In this document: one piece after another, positions 32,677 through 42,325 of the stretch
How positions within the stretch are numbered: the first letter of the stretch is position 1
How the letters are laid out: each line of letters begins with the position of its first letter
DNA from: a virus
Lineage: Duplodnaviria > Heunggongvirae > Uroviricota > Caudoviricetes
Virus record (IMG/VR): IMGVR_UViG_2718217709_000003
DNA: 53,807 nucleotides
Reading direction: 5' to 3' (one strand)
Made by a program: the position numbers and the translations under genes
The notes under the pieces: model-generated
Database searches by the model: none
Told to the model about the DNA's origin: nothing
What the model saw: only the letters and a program-made list of their open reading frames with translations

Positions 32677-33137
32677 TCGCTTTCCTCATAGTTCACTTCG
32701 GTTAACAGCGGGCCGGACGGTAAATCGCTGTCTTCGATAAAGACGCTTTCAGTCGCGAAGTCGAGGGCGTACTGCCACAGCCCCCTGACTTCACCGATAA
32801 ACACCTCGCGGGTCAGCCAGATACGGCGGCGGCAGCCGGGCGGGGTGTGGCCACCGAGAATGCGGCGGACAGCATCCAGGACATTAATCGCCCCTTTTTT
32901 ACCGTTGAGCTGGCGGAAGACCACCGTGACGCAGAGCTGGATAGTCTGAGACTGGATCACTGCACCGGTATCATCCGGCCTGTCAAAGCGCGAACCGGCA
33001 TAGCTCAACAGCAACGCGCCAACCGGATGGTTCAGGCGATATTCAGCCGGTTTCTCCGGGAAGTACTCCACCTGCAGTTGCGGCAGCTTCTCGCGTAACC
33101 GGGCCAGTACCGCATCAAGGACGGGCAGAACGTTCAT
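32673..33137 (-). CDS. Mu gp37-like virion morphogenesis protein (154 aa)
   Basis: Position in the head-to-tail joining region of a Mu-like late operon. Confidence 0.5.
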   Translation of the reverse strand: MNVLPVLDAVLARLREKLPQLQVEYFPEKPAEYRLNHPVGALLLSYAGSRFDRPDDTGAVIQSQTIQLCVTVVFRQLNGKKGAINVLDAVRRILGGHTPPGCRRRIWLTREVFIGEVRGLWQYALDFATESVFIEDSDLPSGPLLTEVNYEESE

Positions 33138-33583
33138 CAGTATTTCTCCAGTAAACCGTCACGACCGCCGAAAGTAGCCGGGCGACTGCGTACACGAAAC
33201 TCGCCAGGCTCAGGCACATCTTTCTGAGTGGACGGCAGCCCCAGCGTGAGCCTGTTATCACGTAACTCCCTGAGTTGCCGCAGCGCTTCTTTGTGGTCAT
33301 CCTTCACCGTATCCGGGAGGTCACCTTCCGGGCGGCGGGCGTAGAGCCGGTAACGGACCAGCGTGATGGCAATGTCCCGCAGAACAGTCGGTATCTCTGC
33401 CAGTGGCAGGATATAGCGTCCGCGCAGATGGGCATCAATCAGCTCGTCGGCATAGCGGATACAGCTGTCCACCACACGGGTATTCACTGTTGCAGGTGAG
33501 TCGAAGTCCATCTCTTCACTGGTGAGCTCGATAAGCGTCCGCTCCGGCACCTGCGCAAGCAAATCCTCCAGGGTGCAGTACAT
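33137..33583 (-). CDS. Mu gp36-like head-tail connector protein (about 148 aa)
   Basis: Start taken at MYCTLEDLLAQVPE...; the track's longer ORF would overlap the upstream gene. Confidence 0.5.
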   Translation of the reverse strand: MYCTLEDLLAQVPERTLIELTSEEMDFDSPATVNTRVVDSCIRYADELIDAHLRGRYILPLAEIPTVLRDIAITLVRYRLYARRPEGDLPDTVKDDHKEALRQLRELRDNRLTLGLPSTQKDVPEPGEFRVRSRPATFGGRDGLLEKY

Positions 33584-33584
33584 G

Positions 33585-33923
33585 TCACACCCCGCGCAGG
33601 ATACGAATGACGTCGCCTTCACCCCCGGCTTCATCAAGTGCAATACCACAGGATTTACCGTCGCCGGACTGCGGCACGGCTCTGGCCTGAGCATCTGACT
33701 GAACAGCCACACCACGGCTGACAGCGGCCCCGGCCTCGACAGCAATAATGCCCAGAACGCTCACCGGCGTGCTGTCGCCGGTAACAGCATCCACTTCGGC
33801 AACCCCGAGCGCTGCGGCACCGGCTTTACAGGGGGTATTATCTGCCCCGACAAAACGCTGCTGTGCCAGTGCTGTCCCTGCCGTTACGGTTGTGATCAGA
33901 ATGACCTGCTGAGTGGTTCCCAT
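33585..33923 (-). CDS. Hypothetical head protein (112 aa)
   Basis: Small Ala/Gly/Val-rich ORF immediately downstream of the major capsid gene. Confidence 0.4.
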   Translation of the reverse strand: MGTTQQVILITTVTAGTALAQQRFVGADNTPCKAGAAALGVAEVDAVTGDSTPVSVLGIIAVEAGAAVSRGVAVQSDAQARAVPQSGDGKSCGIALDEAGGEGDVIRILRGV

Positions 33924-33932
33924 AACGCCTCC

Positions 33933-34886
33933 TTATTTACTGATACCGGTAATGAGATACCCGGCATCGCCACCAACCACGGCGACTTTGTAGATATCGG
34001 TATAACGGCAGTACTTCACCTTGCCACCGGCTCCGTCGTATTTGTCGGCAACAGGCATCCCCTTACGACGCAGGGTGTAGCCGAAGGACGGCTCGTTCTC
34101 GTCCGCGCTGTCCGCCCCCGGCTGCGGTTTGCCGACATAGTGCAGCATCAGATTGTCTCCCCAGATATCCGCCGGCACGCTGTTCTTATCCATTGCCGCT
34201 TTCATGGACGGCAGGGAGACCGGGGCACCGATGACGATCTCTTCGATCTGAAAGAGGTCCTGCAGGATTTCTGTGGTGATGCGCTTGCGTTCGTTGGCTC
34301 CGATGGCGGCCTGAATCGCCGGGTGGAACTTCAGCAGCGCCATCACGCCGGCCCCCATGGTCATCAGGTTAGGACGCAGCCCCGTGGCCGTACGGACCGC
34401 TTCCATACCGGCTTCAATCACCCCGATGGGGTCCCCCTTACCACCGGCCCAGCGATCACTGGCTGTCAGTTTTTTGACGTGCCCGGTACGGTAGACCTTT
34501 TCATCCTGAGCCAGACGGGCAGCGATAAGTTCACGGCGCAGGTTCACGCCATTCGTGGCGCGACGGATGGCCTTGCTCTCTTCGTTAAACATGGACTCCG
34601 CCTGCTCGCGATAGTCCACCGGCGCAGCCAGATCGTGTTCACCCAGCACCAGGTCCAGCGTGCCTGTTTTTTCACGGACCAGAACATTGCTGTCCGCCCC
34701 GACGGCACGCTCGGTGTCATATTCCACAAAGGCGGTTTTCCCGAAGGTCGGTACACGCACGCCTTCCTTGTCCGTCAGCACGACGGGGAAAATACGTTCG
34801 CCGATGAATGCGGCATTTTTATAGCCACGGGCGATACTGGTCAGTACCGGATCAACGACACGTTTACCTTTTAAGTAATCAGACAT
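33933..34886 (-). CDS. Major capsid protein, Mu gpT-like (317 aa)
   Basis: Size and position after the protease/scaffold gene, as in Mu. Confidence 0.8.
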   Translation of the reverse strand: MSDYLKGKRVVDPVLTSIARGYKNAAFIGERIFPVVLTDKEGVRVPTFGKTAFVEYDTERAVGADSNVLVREKTGTLDLVLGEHDLAAPVDYREQAESMFNEESKAIRRATNGVNLRRELIAARLAQDEKVYRTGHVKKLTASDRWAGGKGDPIGVIEAGMEAVRTATGLRPNLMTMGAGVMALLKFHPAIQAAIGANERKRITTEILQDLFQIEEIVIGAPVSLPSMKAAMDKNSVPADIWGDNLMLHYVGKPQPGADSADENEPSFGYTLRRKGMPVADKYDGAGGKVKYCRYTDIYKVAVVGGDAGYLITGISK

Positions 34887-34900
34887 GCTCTCTCCTTAAA

Positions 34901-36016
34901 TTACAGGCAGCGTGCGACAGCAGCCTCATAGCTGATGCCTTCTTTTTTGGACAGGGCCACTGCTTTCTGATGCAGGGCCAGACGCTCAGGATCGGCTTCC
35001 GCAAACTCTGCCACATCCACCTTCACCGTGTCGCCGACACGCTCTTTTGTGGCCTGTTCGGCGAAATTCATCACCGGCTCCCCGTCGGAGAGCAATGAAC
35101 GAAAGGCGGTGGCCAGCGGTGTGCGGCTTTCCCCCTCAGCAAACTCCACCGGCTTGTCGCCACCGGCAACGGCATCCAGCAGGGCAACCACCACGGAGGA
35201 GGCGCGGGGAGCCAGACGGCCCTCTGCGACCAGTTTTTCTGCAAAGGCCACATTGTCCTTATGCAGTTGCTCCTGTCTGACCTGTGCATCACGCGCATCG
35301 CGATCAGCAGCCTGCTGCTTCAGGCGGCGGTTCTCCTCCTGAAGGGCTTCAATCTCTTCTTTTGTCATCGATGATTCCTCGTTACTTGCGGAAGACGGCC
35401 CCGGGCCTGTCTCACTGAATTGTGCACCTGCTGCATCCTGCGACAGTGTGTCGCGGTACGCCTCTTCGCGCAGACTGTTGAGCTGCCATTCCGGCAGGAC
35501 TTTTTCTGCCTCGTCCAGACTGAAGCGGGCGATCAGAAAATCGCGCAGCTTTCCCCACAGGGAGGCATTCGTGATGGCCTGCCAGTCGGCGAACTCCACC
35601 ACACCTTCTTCCTGCTCACTGAAGGACACCTGTTTCAGCCCCTTGACGGAAGGTGGCTGTGCCCCGAGAAAGCCCACATGGCGAAGGTAGAGCACGCCGG
35701 GCTTCGGATTGGACGGTGAATCCGGGAGGTAGAAAGAGGCGGACACTTTTTTGAATCGTCCGTCGGTGACCATCTCAGCAAACTGCGGGTCCAGCTGGGC
35801 AGGCTCTGCCATCAGATCGACGCCGCTGAGCGACAGGGCTTTCACCCAGCCCCACGCCGGGTCTTCCGTTCTGGGATGACCAATCACGAGTGGTGCTTCA
35901 TGGACGGACGGGTCATAGGCTTTCACGCAGGCGGCAAGATCGTCTGGCGTGAACGGCAGTTTTTTGCCGTGCATATCGGTATGAGTACCGGCTTTAAAAA
36001 TGTGAATGGCTGACAT
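34901..36016 (-). CDS. Head protease / scaffold protein, Mu gpI-like (371 aa)
   Basis: Acidic, Ala/Glu-rich coiled-coil C-terminal half typical of scaffold; precedes the capsid gene. Confidence 0.7.
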   Translation of the reverse strand: MSAIHIFKAGTHTDMHGKKLPFTPDDLAACVKAYDPSVHEAPLVIGHPRTEDPAWGWVKALSLSGVDLMAEPAQLDPQFAEMVTDGRFKKVSASFYLPDSPSNPKPGVLYLRHVGFLGAQPPSVKGLKQVSFSEQEEGVVEFADWQAITNASLWGKLRDFLIARFSLDEAEKVLPEWQLNSLREEAYRDTLSQDAAGAQFSETGPGPSSASNEESSMTKEEIEALQEENRRLKQQAADRDARDAQVRQEQLHKDNVAFAEKLVAEGRLAPRASSVVVALLDAVAGGDKPVEFAEGESRTPLATAFRSLLSDGEPVMNFAEQATKERVGDTVKVDVAEFAEADPERLALHQKAVALSKKEGISYEAAVARCL

Positions 36017-36152
36017 TTTGCTGTCCCGCGTTATGTTGTCGGAGACAGTTTGTGAGAAATGCAGGCCCGGCGATTTTAATCTGCTTTAGAAAACATCAGG
36101 GGAGAAGGACAGGGAAAGCAATGCGGTGAACCGGAGGCGGTTATAAAACAGA

Positions 36153-36184
36153 GGCTGTAAAGCCTTTATAAAGGTAATACAGCC
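36153..36184 (-). terminator. Nested palindrome in the G-I intergenic gap (possible terminator or regulatory site)
   Basis: ggctgtaaagcctttataaaggtaatacagcc has an outer inverted repeat (ggctgta/tacagcc) and a perfect inner palindrome (cctttataaagg); this is the only >200-bp gap in the late operon. Confidence 0.3.
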
Positions 36185-36230
36185 CCTCATTCGCTGGCAA
36201 TGATAAATCACCCGCCTGAAGAGAGAAAAC

Positions 36231-36689
36231 TCAGCGACGGGCCGCTGATTCAAGATGGCGGACAATGGTATCGAGGATGGGGATTACCACTTCAGGCTGT
36301 AGTTCTCCATCACCCGTCACCGGCAGGAACGGGCGGGCCGGAAGTTCAACAGACTCATTACGCCCCGTTTTACCCCCGAACTGGTGAATGGCACCGTAAA
36401 CAACGTTGGTCCCCACAACAGCCTGCCGGTCGTCATGGTCGGTTGATACTGACCCCATCAGACGCCCGGTATCCTGCAGTGTCTGCCCGTCACGTTCTTC
36501 CGCTGCCAGCGAGGGCATCCACCCCGGACGCCCCTCATCAAGAAAGTTAAACTGTGTTTCCGCCAGCAGGGTTCCGGCGATTTTGCGCATCGCGGGCTCC
36601 AGGTCTGTGGCAGCAAGATCCAGCGCACGGAGGCTCCGGCGCAGGGATTTATCGTTAATGGTGATACTGACCAGGTTATCGGAAGCCAT
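36231..36689 (-). CDS. Virion morphogenesis protein, Mu gpG-like (152 aa)
   Basis: Conserved position between the F-like and I-like genes. Confidence 0.6.
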   Translation of the reverse strand: MASDNLVSITINDKSLRRSLRALDLAATDLEPAMRKIAGTLLAETQFNFLDEGRPGWMPSLAAEERDGQTLQDTGRLMGSVSTDHDDRQAVVGTNVVYGAIHQFGGKTGRNESVELPARPFLPVTGDGELQPEVVIPILDTIVRHLESAARR

Positions 36690-36691
36690 TG

Positions 36692-37513
36692 TTATCCTCT
36701 CAGTTCCTGTTGTGCCAGTGGCTGAAGCGTACCCTGATAGCGGGCCAGGTCGGGACGGTATGCTGTCCCCGGTGCATAAGACCAGCCGACGTCGGTGGTC
36801 ACCTTCGTGGTGCTGGTATTAAAGGTGGCCACGTTCCGCATTTCGCCGGTTTTCTCTGAGACCAGTTTCAGTTCCTGGCCCATGGCAGAGCCGGAGCTGA
36901 TAACCTTCAGGCCACGGGCACGTACATCCGCCGCACTCAGGGCAATCACACTACAGCGGCAGCGCCAGCCGTTCGGCGGGTAAAATGCCTGCCAGAACGG
37001 GTCATCCCAGCGCAGCACCAGACCATGCAGCGCCAGATGGCTCCTGCGGGTATGGCTGTCGTTGATGCCGGTATACATCCAGTACGGCCTGTCGTCGACG
37101 TTTTCCATCTGTTCCGCCCAACGACCGGCGCTGTAGAGTACGGACATATTGGTGCGAAAGATGGTATCGAGCCGCCACGGACTGCCCTGCTGAATGGTGA
37201 CCGGCTCACCCGTTACCGGGTCAGTCGTGTCACGCGGTCCCCACCATCCCTTGCGCTTCAGCACCGGCTCCAGCTCCTGCCGGAACCAGCGATCGGTTTT
37301 TCCTTCATCGACAGCCTGCTGCAGTGCCCCACGAATATCTTCCAGGATATCCAGGCGGGTCACTTTAGCGACGGTAAAGGCGCGGGCATGGGCCTCCTGC
37401 CACATTTCTTCCCAGTCCCAGGTAATCTGATACCCTTTGGACTTCAGGTAGCTGATTGCCCGCTTCGGGGGAAGCGTCATGCAGTACGCCAGTTCAGCCG
37501 TTGTCACGCTCAT
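36692..37513 (-). CDS. Head morphogenesis protein, Mu gpF-like (about 273 aa)
   Basis: Directly downstream of the portal gene as in Mu; start taken at MSVTTAEL. Confidence 0.65.
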   Translation of the reverse strand: MSVTTAELAYCMTLPPKRAISYLKSKGYQITWDWEEMWQEAHARAFTVAKVTRLDILEDIRGALQQAVDEGKTDRWFRQELEPVLKRKGWWGPRDTTDPVTGEPVTIQQGSPWRLDTIFRTNMSVLYSAGRWAEQMENVDDRPYWMYTGINDSHTRRSHLALHGLVLRWDDPFWQAFYPPNGWRCRCSVIALSAADVRARGLKVISSGSAMGQELKLVSEKTGEMRNVATFNTSTTKVTTDVGWSYAPGTAYRPDLARYQGTLQPLAQQELRG

Positions 37514-38987
37514 GCAGACGCCCCCAGATATTTGCCACAAAGAGAATGCGGGCCAGCCGTTCCTGCAGATCGTCCGTGTTCATCTGAGGGTAGAGCTCCG
37601 CCAGTTCGCCCAGCAGCTCAGACGGGTTAACCCCATTTTCGACCCGCTTAAACAGAGGTGCCAGGACGGGTTCCAGCGTGCCATTTAACACACCTCCGTT
37701 CATCAGAATGTCCAGCGCGTCGTCAAGCTGCTGTTGTGCATCATGATCGGCGCTTATCGCCTCGGCAAATTCCGCAGGCACTGCCCCGTCCGCAACCGGT
37801 GCATCAGAGAGGTCAATATCCCCCTCCTGCAGCTGGTACTCCCGCATGAAGTACTGCGGGGTCAGGCGCAGTCCCGCGCGGGTGAGTTTTTCGTCGCGGG
37901 TGGCGCGGGTGTCATCAATGGTCTCCTGTTCCCACATGGCCCAGACCGGACACGGCACATCGCCGAAGTTCAGGGTGACCACCGTTCTGATAACCTGATT
38001 CACTGCTGCCTGAATGATGTCCGCATCCGCATCGCGGATATCAGCCGTTACCTCCAGCCCGGCCTGTGCAGAGGCCTTGTTACTGTTCGCTTCCGTGGTC
38101 TGATTCTGACCAAGTAATGCAATGGAGATCTCACTGCGTGACAGTGTGATCAGCTCGCGGAATACCTCGCTGCTGTCCGCCTTACCATCCGCGGCTTTGA
38201 GTTCGATGCTGCTGTCATCGGGGATGGCGGCCACCGCGTCCTCCACCATCTGCTCCATGGAGTCCAGCAGTTTTTCAATCTCTGCATCATTTGCACCCCT
38301 CGGGTGCTTACCGATCACCCACGGGGAGCCAAACTTTTCGGCAAAGCGGAGCCAGAATTTCATCCCGCCTTTCTTGAAGGCGACCGGCCAGAAGCACATG
38401 GACAGGTCCGGGAAACCGTAAGGATTGTCATACGAGGCATCCTGTGCCGGCACCACGAATTTTGACGGTGACAGCAGCTCACCCTCCACACCCGCATCAC
38501 GCGCCCGGAAGCGCAGGCAGTTGTCCGTATCAAACTGAAACCACTCAGGCGGTTTGCCGACAATATCCGTCACTGCCCACGCCCTGACCGAACGGCCCCA
38601 CATGATTTCACAGGGCTGATACCCGTAGAGCACGGCATCACTCATCTCACCGATGATGCGGGACAGATCCAGATCGTCGAGCATGTCGCGGATGAAACGG
38701 AAGACCCGGGCAGAAGCGTGACCGCGCTCCAGTCCACGCTCCAGTGATTTGAGCGCTGCTTTACGTCTGCGGATACAGCCCCCAACCAGCGGGTCGGTGC
38801 GCAGTTCGCGGTAGATACGGATATCCCGTCCCTGAGCCTTGAGAATGGGATCAGGATTGGGCAGATACATGCCCAGTCCGTAAAAGTCGATCGCGCGGCT
38901 GCGGGAGGCAATCTGCGCGGTCAGTGATTTCTGAGGCTCAGAAAAAGCAACAAATTCATCGGGTGAAACCCAGATACCCCTCGCCAT
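37494..38987 (-). CDS. Portal protein, Mu gpH/gp29-like (497 aa)
   Basis: Size and position immediately after the large terminase gene. Confidence 0.8.
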   Translation of the reverse strand: MARGIWVSPDEFVAFSEPQKSLTAQIASRSRAIDFYGLGMYLPNPDPILKAQGRDIRIYRELRTDPLVGGCIRRRKAALKSLERGLERGHASARVFRFIRDMLDDLDLSRIIGEMSDAVLYGYQPCEIMWGRSVRAWAVTDIVGKPPEWFQFDTDNCLRFRARDAGVEGELLSPSKFVVPAQDASYDNPYGFPDLSMCFWPVAFKKGGMKFWLRFAEKFGSPWVIGKHPRGANDAEIEKLLDSMEQMVEDAVAAIPDDSSIELKAADGKADSSEVFRELITLSRSEISIALLGQNQTTEANSNKASAQAGLEVTADIRDADADIIQAAVNQVIRTVVTLNFGDVPCPVWAMWEQETIDDTRATRDEKLTRAGLRLTPQYFMREYQLQEGDIDLSDAPVADGAVPAEFAEAISADHDAQQQLDDALDILMNGGVLNGTLEPVLAPLFKRVENGVNPSELLGELAELYPQMNTDDLQERLARILFVANIWGRLHERDNG

Positions 38988-40510
38988 CAGAATCCCTCCA
39001 GCATACGGGCCGCCTGACGACGACGGCGTGAGCTTGCCTTCACCGGCCCTTTGTTAATTTCACGGCTGGCGAAATACGCCAGCGCCAGTGCGATGGCTGA
39101 ATCCCCGTGGCGTTTACCACCGTCAGCCTTTGCTTTTGAGCGTTGCTCCGGTACGCGGGGGACACCGTTCACCACCTGAACGGCCCGCAGGTCATCCAGT
39201 GTGTCTTCATCCTTTGGTAAGTCCACCAGGTTACCGTCTTCCAGTGCAGCTTTGACCGGAGGCATATGCTCCCGGTACCAGCCTTCGGTTGGCATCACCT
39301 GCTGAACCCGGCCGGAGCCGTAGCGCTGCATGGCGTATTCAGCCAGATAGGCACCATTACCACGGGCATCAAACGCTGCACCCAGCAGACCGGGCAGGCC
39401 ATCCATCAGATACCAGGTGATTTGCTCCTGCTGTCTGAACGGCACGTTACGCAGCTCCAGTACGAATGGCACGCGTCGTACCAGGTTCTTCTCCTGCAGC
39501 AGGGGATAGTCCACCGACAAATCACCGCTACGGCCAAAGTCGCGCCCCAGGAAAGAGCGGGCATCAGTGGGGAGTGCCTCCAGCAAGGGTTTCAGATACT
39601 CATCAAGCCAGTCCTGCGTCTCGCGGAAGCGAACCTCATCAGACAGCAGTTCATAACCTTCCTTGCAGGTCAGACGCAATACCGGCGTATCAGCGGACAT
39701 GCGGGACTCTATCAGGGCACGGGACAGCCAGGCACCGCCACCGTTGGCCGGAATACAGTCAAGCTCTTCGGATGCGCCGGCACCGTAGAATTTGTACACC
39801 GATGCCATCCAGGCCTGCTCGGATGCCTCCGACCATTCCTTCCCGGTGCGCAGACAGACGCGCCGGAACAGCCCCTCAGATACGGCTTCCCGGAAAGTGA
39901 TGCGATGTATGCTGCCTCCCTGACGTCCGGCACGGATATCCCCGATAAGTGTATTGAACGGATTGTCGTCACCGTCATGGGTGGAGATAACGCGTACCTT
40001 TCCCCCCCAGATAAGCATCGCCAGCGCCGCTTTCAGCAGTTCGTCCAGTTGCTCATGGAACGCCGCTTCGTCGATAACAATAATACCCTGACGGCCACGC
40101 AGGTTAGACGGGCGGCTGGAGAGCGCAACAATACGAAAGCCGGAGTCAGGAAATTTGATGGTGTAAGTCCTGATGTGTTTGTCGTCGTCGTCCTCTTCCC
40201 AGAATCCTTCTTCAATTTCACTGGCCGCATAGTTGAATGCCCGTGCCCACATCGCACACGCCTGAATGTATTCGACGGTCATGTCCTGGTTATAAGCGAT
40301 GTAATACACATTCATCCCGCCTGCTGGCGCAGAAGAGGCGGCGGTCAGTACGTTATCGGATGCCTCAGCCCATGTAATACCGGTACGACGGCTCTTTTCT
40401 ATCACCTTAAGCGGAGAGGCATCTGCCACCCAGCGCTGCTGGTAGGGCAACAGAACGGGAGGGGCCTTATAACTCGCGGTGTCAGGAATGTGCGGCGGCA
40501 GCTCCGTCAT
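38987..40510 (-). CDS. Terminase large subunit (507 aa)
   Basis: Size and position between the small-terminase-like and portal genes; acidic nuclease-type stretches. Confidence 0.8.
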   Translation of the reverse strand: MTELPPHIPDTASYKAPPVLLPYQQRWVADASPLKVIEKSRRTGITWAEASDNVLTAASSAPAGGMNVYYIAYNQDMTVEYIQACAMWARAFNYAASEIEEGFWEEDDDDKHIRTYTIKFPDSGFRIVALSSRPSNLRGRQGIIVIDEAAFHEQLDELLKAALAMLIWGGKVRVISTHDGDDNPFNTLIGDIRAGRQGGSIHRITFREAVSEGLFRRVCLRTGKEWSEASEQAWMASVYKFYGAGASEELDCIPANGGGAWLSRALIESRMSADTPVLRLTCKEGYELLSDEVRFRETQDWLDEYLKPLLEALPTDARSFLGRDFGRSGDLSVDYPLLQEKNLVRRVPFVLELRNVPFRQQEQITWYLMDGLPGLLGAAFDARGNGAYLAEYAMQRYGSGRVQQVMPTEGWYREHMPPVKAALEDGNLVDLPKDEDTLDDLRAVQVVNGVPRVPEQRSKAKADGGKRHGDSAIALALAYFASREINKGPVKASSRRRRQAARMLEGF

Positions 40511-41055
40511 GATACCACCCCCAGAATTTCCCGGCGCAGTGCCTGTACGGCTTCCGCAGAGAGCCCGCCCTTACGGGCAATTTTCTCGGCGGCAGCGGCA
40601 GCACGTTCAACCCTCTCTCTGACTTCTGCCTGATAGCGCTTGAGGTTGACCGAGGCGCGGGTCAGTGTGGCGATATTTTTTGAAGCCGTTGCCAGCAGTT
40701 TTGCCCGGGCGAAGGGATCGTCGTTTTCCCGCGACTCCTGCAGGCGCATCAGGATATCCGTCATTTCGGTCTGGACGAGGGTTATCAGCCCGGCTGAACG
40801 GTCATCAGGATCGTCTCCGGCCTCCCGGGCAAGCAGACGCGCTGCCTCGGTTGCCGCCCGCACCCGGGCCAGTTGCTGCTCCATTTTGTAGCCAAACCGC
40901 TGCAGGGAAGAGCGGGTGATGCTGTACCCCTTTTCCTTCAACAGACTTTCAAGCTCTGCATAGCCGGTGAAATTATTCTCCGTCAGTGCCCGCTCAAGCC
41001 AGCGACGGACCTCCTTCGGCAGAGAATCAATGCTGCTGCGACGTCCCATAATCAC
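40507..41055 (-). CDS. Terminase small-subunit-like protein, Mu gp27-like (182 aa)
   Basis: Precedes and overlaps the large terminase start. Confidence 0.6.
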   Translation of the reverse strand: MIMGRRSSIDSLPKEVRRWLERALTENNFTGYAELESLLKEKGYSITRSSLQRFGYKMEQQLARVRAATEAARLLAREAGDDPDDRSAGLITLVQTEMTDILMRLQESRENDDPFARAKLLATASKNIATLTRASVNLKRYQAEVRERVERAAAAAEKIARKGGLSAEAVQALRREILGVVS

Positions 41056-41363
41056 TCACTCCAGTATTTTTCCGGGCGGGCAATACCGGGGCCGCATTCC
41101 ACGGTGTATTCCACAATATCCACACCAAGGCGACTCAGATCGGCAAACCAGTCACCGGAAGGCCTCTTCTCCAGTTCCACCATCTTGCGATCTGCCAGGT
41201 AATCAAGCTCACGGCGCAGCTCCAGTTGCGTGGTGTCCGGGTAGATGGCGCGGGACACTTCCAGCAGCAGCGTCTCGCTGGCGGTATAAGGGCGGGTTTT
41301 GTTCAGGGCAACCAGCAGACTCCAGCGCAGGGATTCGCGGCGTACCCGGGTAATATCGACCAT
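41052..41363 (-). CDS. Hypothetical protein (103 aa), Mu gp26 position
   Basis: ORF coupled to the neighbouring late genes. Confidence 0.4.
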   Translation of the reverse strand: MVDITRVRRESLRWSLLVALNKTRPYTASETLLLEVSRAIYPDTTQLELRRELDYLADRKMVELEKRPSGDWFADLSRLGVDIVEYTVECGPGIARPEKYWSE

Positions 41364-41689
41364 TATTGACCTCCGGTATTGCGGTACTGCTGTACCACTT
41401 CCAGTTTGTTGTAGAGCGCGTCCAGTTTGGCCTCGATGACTGTCTGGCCACGGATATAATCCTCGCGACGGACATAATTCAGCGGTAAATCCGCTTTAAA
41501 TCGCATAAATTCTTTTTCCAGTTCGCCCCAGTTGGAGGCGGACTGTTGCAGGGCCTGCTCAAGGGAGGCGAATCGTGCCGCCTGGCGTTCTTCTGTTTTA
41601 CTGAACAACCATTTGGCGAGCCCTCCCACAAACCCCATGAAGGTGAGCAAAAAACTCACCACCGTCCAGAATTCAACCTGCAGTGTCAT
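41363..41689 (-). CDS. Small membrane protein (108 aa), Mu gp25 position
   Basis: N-terminal transmembrane segment (FWTVVSFLLTFMGFVGGLAKWLF). Confidence 0.45.
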   Translation of the reverse strand: MTLQVEFWTVVSFLLTFMGFVGGLAKWLFSKTEERQAARFASLEQALQQSASNWGELEKEFMRFKADLPLNYVRREDYIRGQTVIEAKLDALYNKLEVVQQYRNTGGQ

Positions 41690-42297
41690 TTCTGTAATCC
41701 TTCCCGTTCATCCAGTAGCGCGTTTATCTGGTTTCGCCAGCGACGACATTGCCCTGCGTTGTCGATGATGTTGGCAAGGACGTCAAGCTGGGAGACACCC
41801 GAATTGCGTAACCGGGCGTCAGCGGTTTCAGGTTGCCCGGTCGCTGCGCCAGTGCCGGTGCCAGCGGCGGCAACTGAGTCTGAATGACCGGTGTCGACGG
41901 ATGCGTTGTCGTATCCGAGTGCGGCGTTGTACTGGCGCACGAAACCGCGAGTAAACACGCACTCAATGGGATGGCTCTTACCTTTTTCATCAATCCAGCG
42001 CTGTGTGACATCGTTAATTTGCCCCTGTAGTTGTTTGTTCTGGTCCTCCAGTTGAGCAATCTGCTCAAGATAACCAGCTTCAGCCCGTTGCCCGGCGGCT
42101 ACCTGCTCCTGATAACGCTCAGACCATGCGCGCAACGCCGCCACCTCACGCCGGGCCTGTTCTGCCCGGTATCCGTCAAAATCCGCCTGCAGGCGGCTGA
42201 GCGCCGCCTGACCGTCAGCGGAGGCCCGGTCGTGGCCTGTGCTGTATCCCAGCCACCAGATCGCCAGCAGGAAGGTGTTCAGGAGAATGGCCAGCAT
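41686..42297 (-). CDS. Rz-like inner-membrane spanin (about 204 aa; start uncertain)
   Basis: N-terminal TM helix (MLAILLNTFLLAIWWLGY) followed by a long coiled-coil region, downstream of the endolysin. Confidence 0.5.
   Translation of the reverse strand: MLAILLNTFLLAIWWLGYSTGHDRASADGQAALSRLQADFDGYRAEQARREVAALRAWSERYQEQVAAGQRAEAGYLEQIAQLEDQNKQLQGQINDVTQRWIDEKGKSHPIECVFTRGFVRQYNAALGYDNASVDTGHSDSVAAAGTGTGAATGQPETADARLRNSGVSQLDVLANIIDNAGQCRRWRNQINALLDEREGLQK
41724..41990 (-). CDS. Rz1-like outer-membrane lipoprotein spanin, embedded in the +1 frame of the Rz-like gene
   Basis: MKKVRAIPLSACLLAVSCASTTP...: signal peptide with lipobox LAVSC followed by a Pro-rich mature region. Confidence 0.55.
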   Translation of the reverse strand: MKKVRAIPLSACLLAVSCASTTPHSDTTTHPSTPVIQTQLPPLAPALAQRPGNLKPLTPGYAIRVSPSLTSLPTSSTTQGNVVAGETR

Positions 42298-42325
42298 AAT
42301 GACCCGCCACGGCAGCGACCGTAAC

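Noticed and set aside
39266-40633. 455-aa + strand ORF
   Set aside because: Lies entirely antisense to the large terminase gene; low-complexity Arg/Gly/Pro-rich translation typical of an antisense frame in GC-rich coding DNA.
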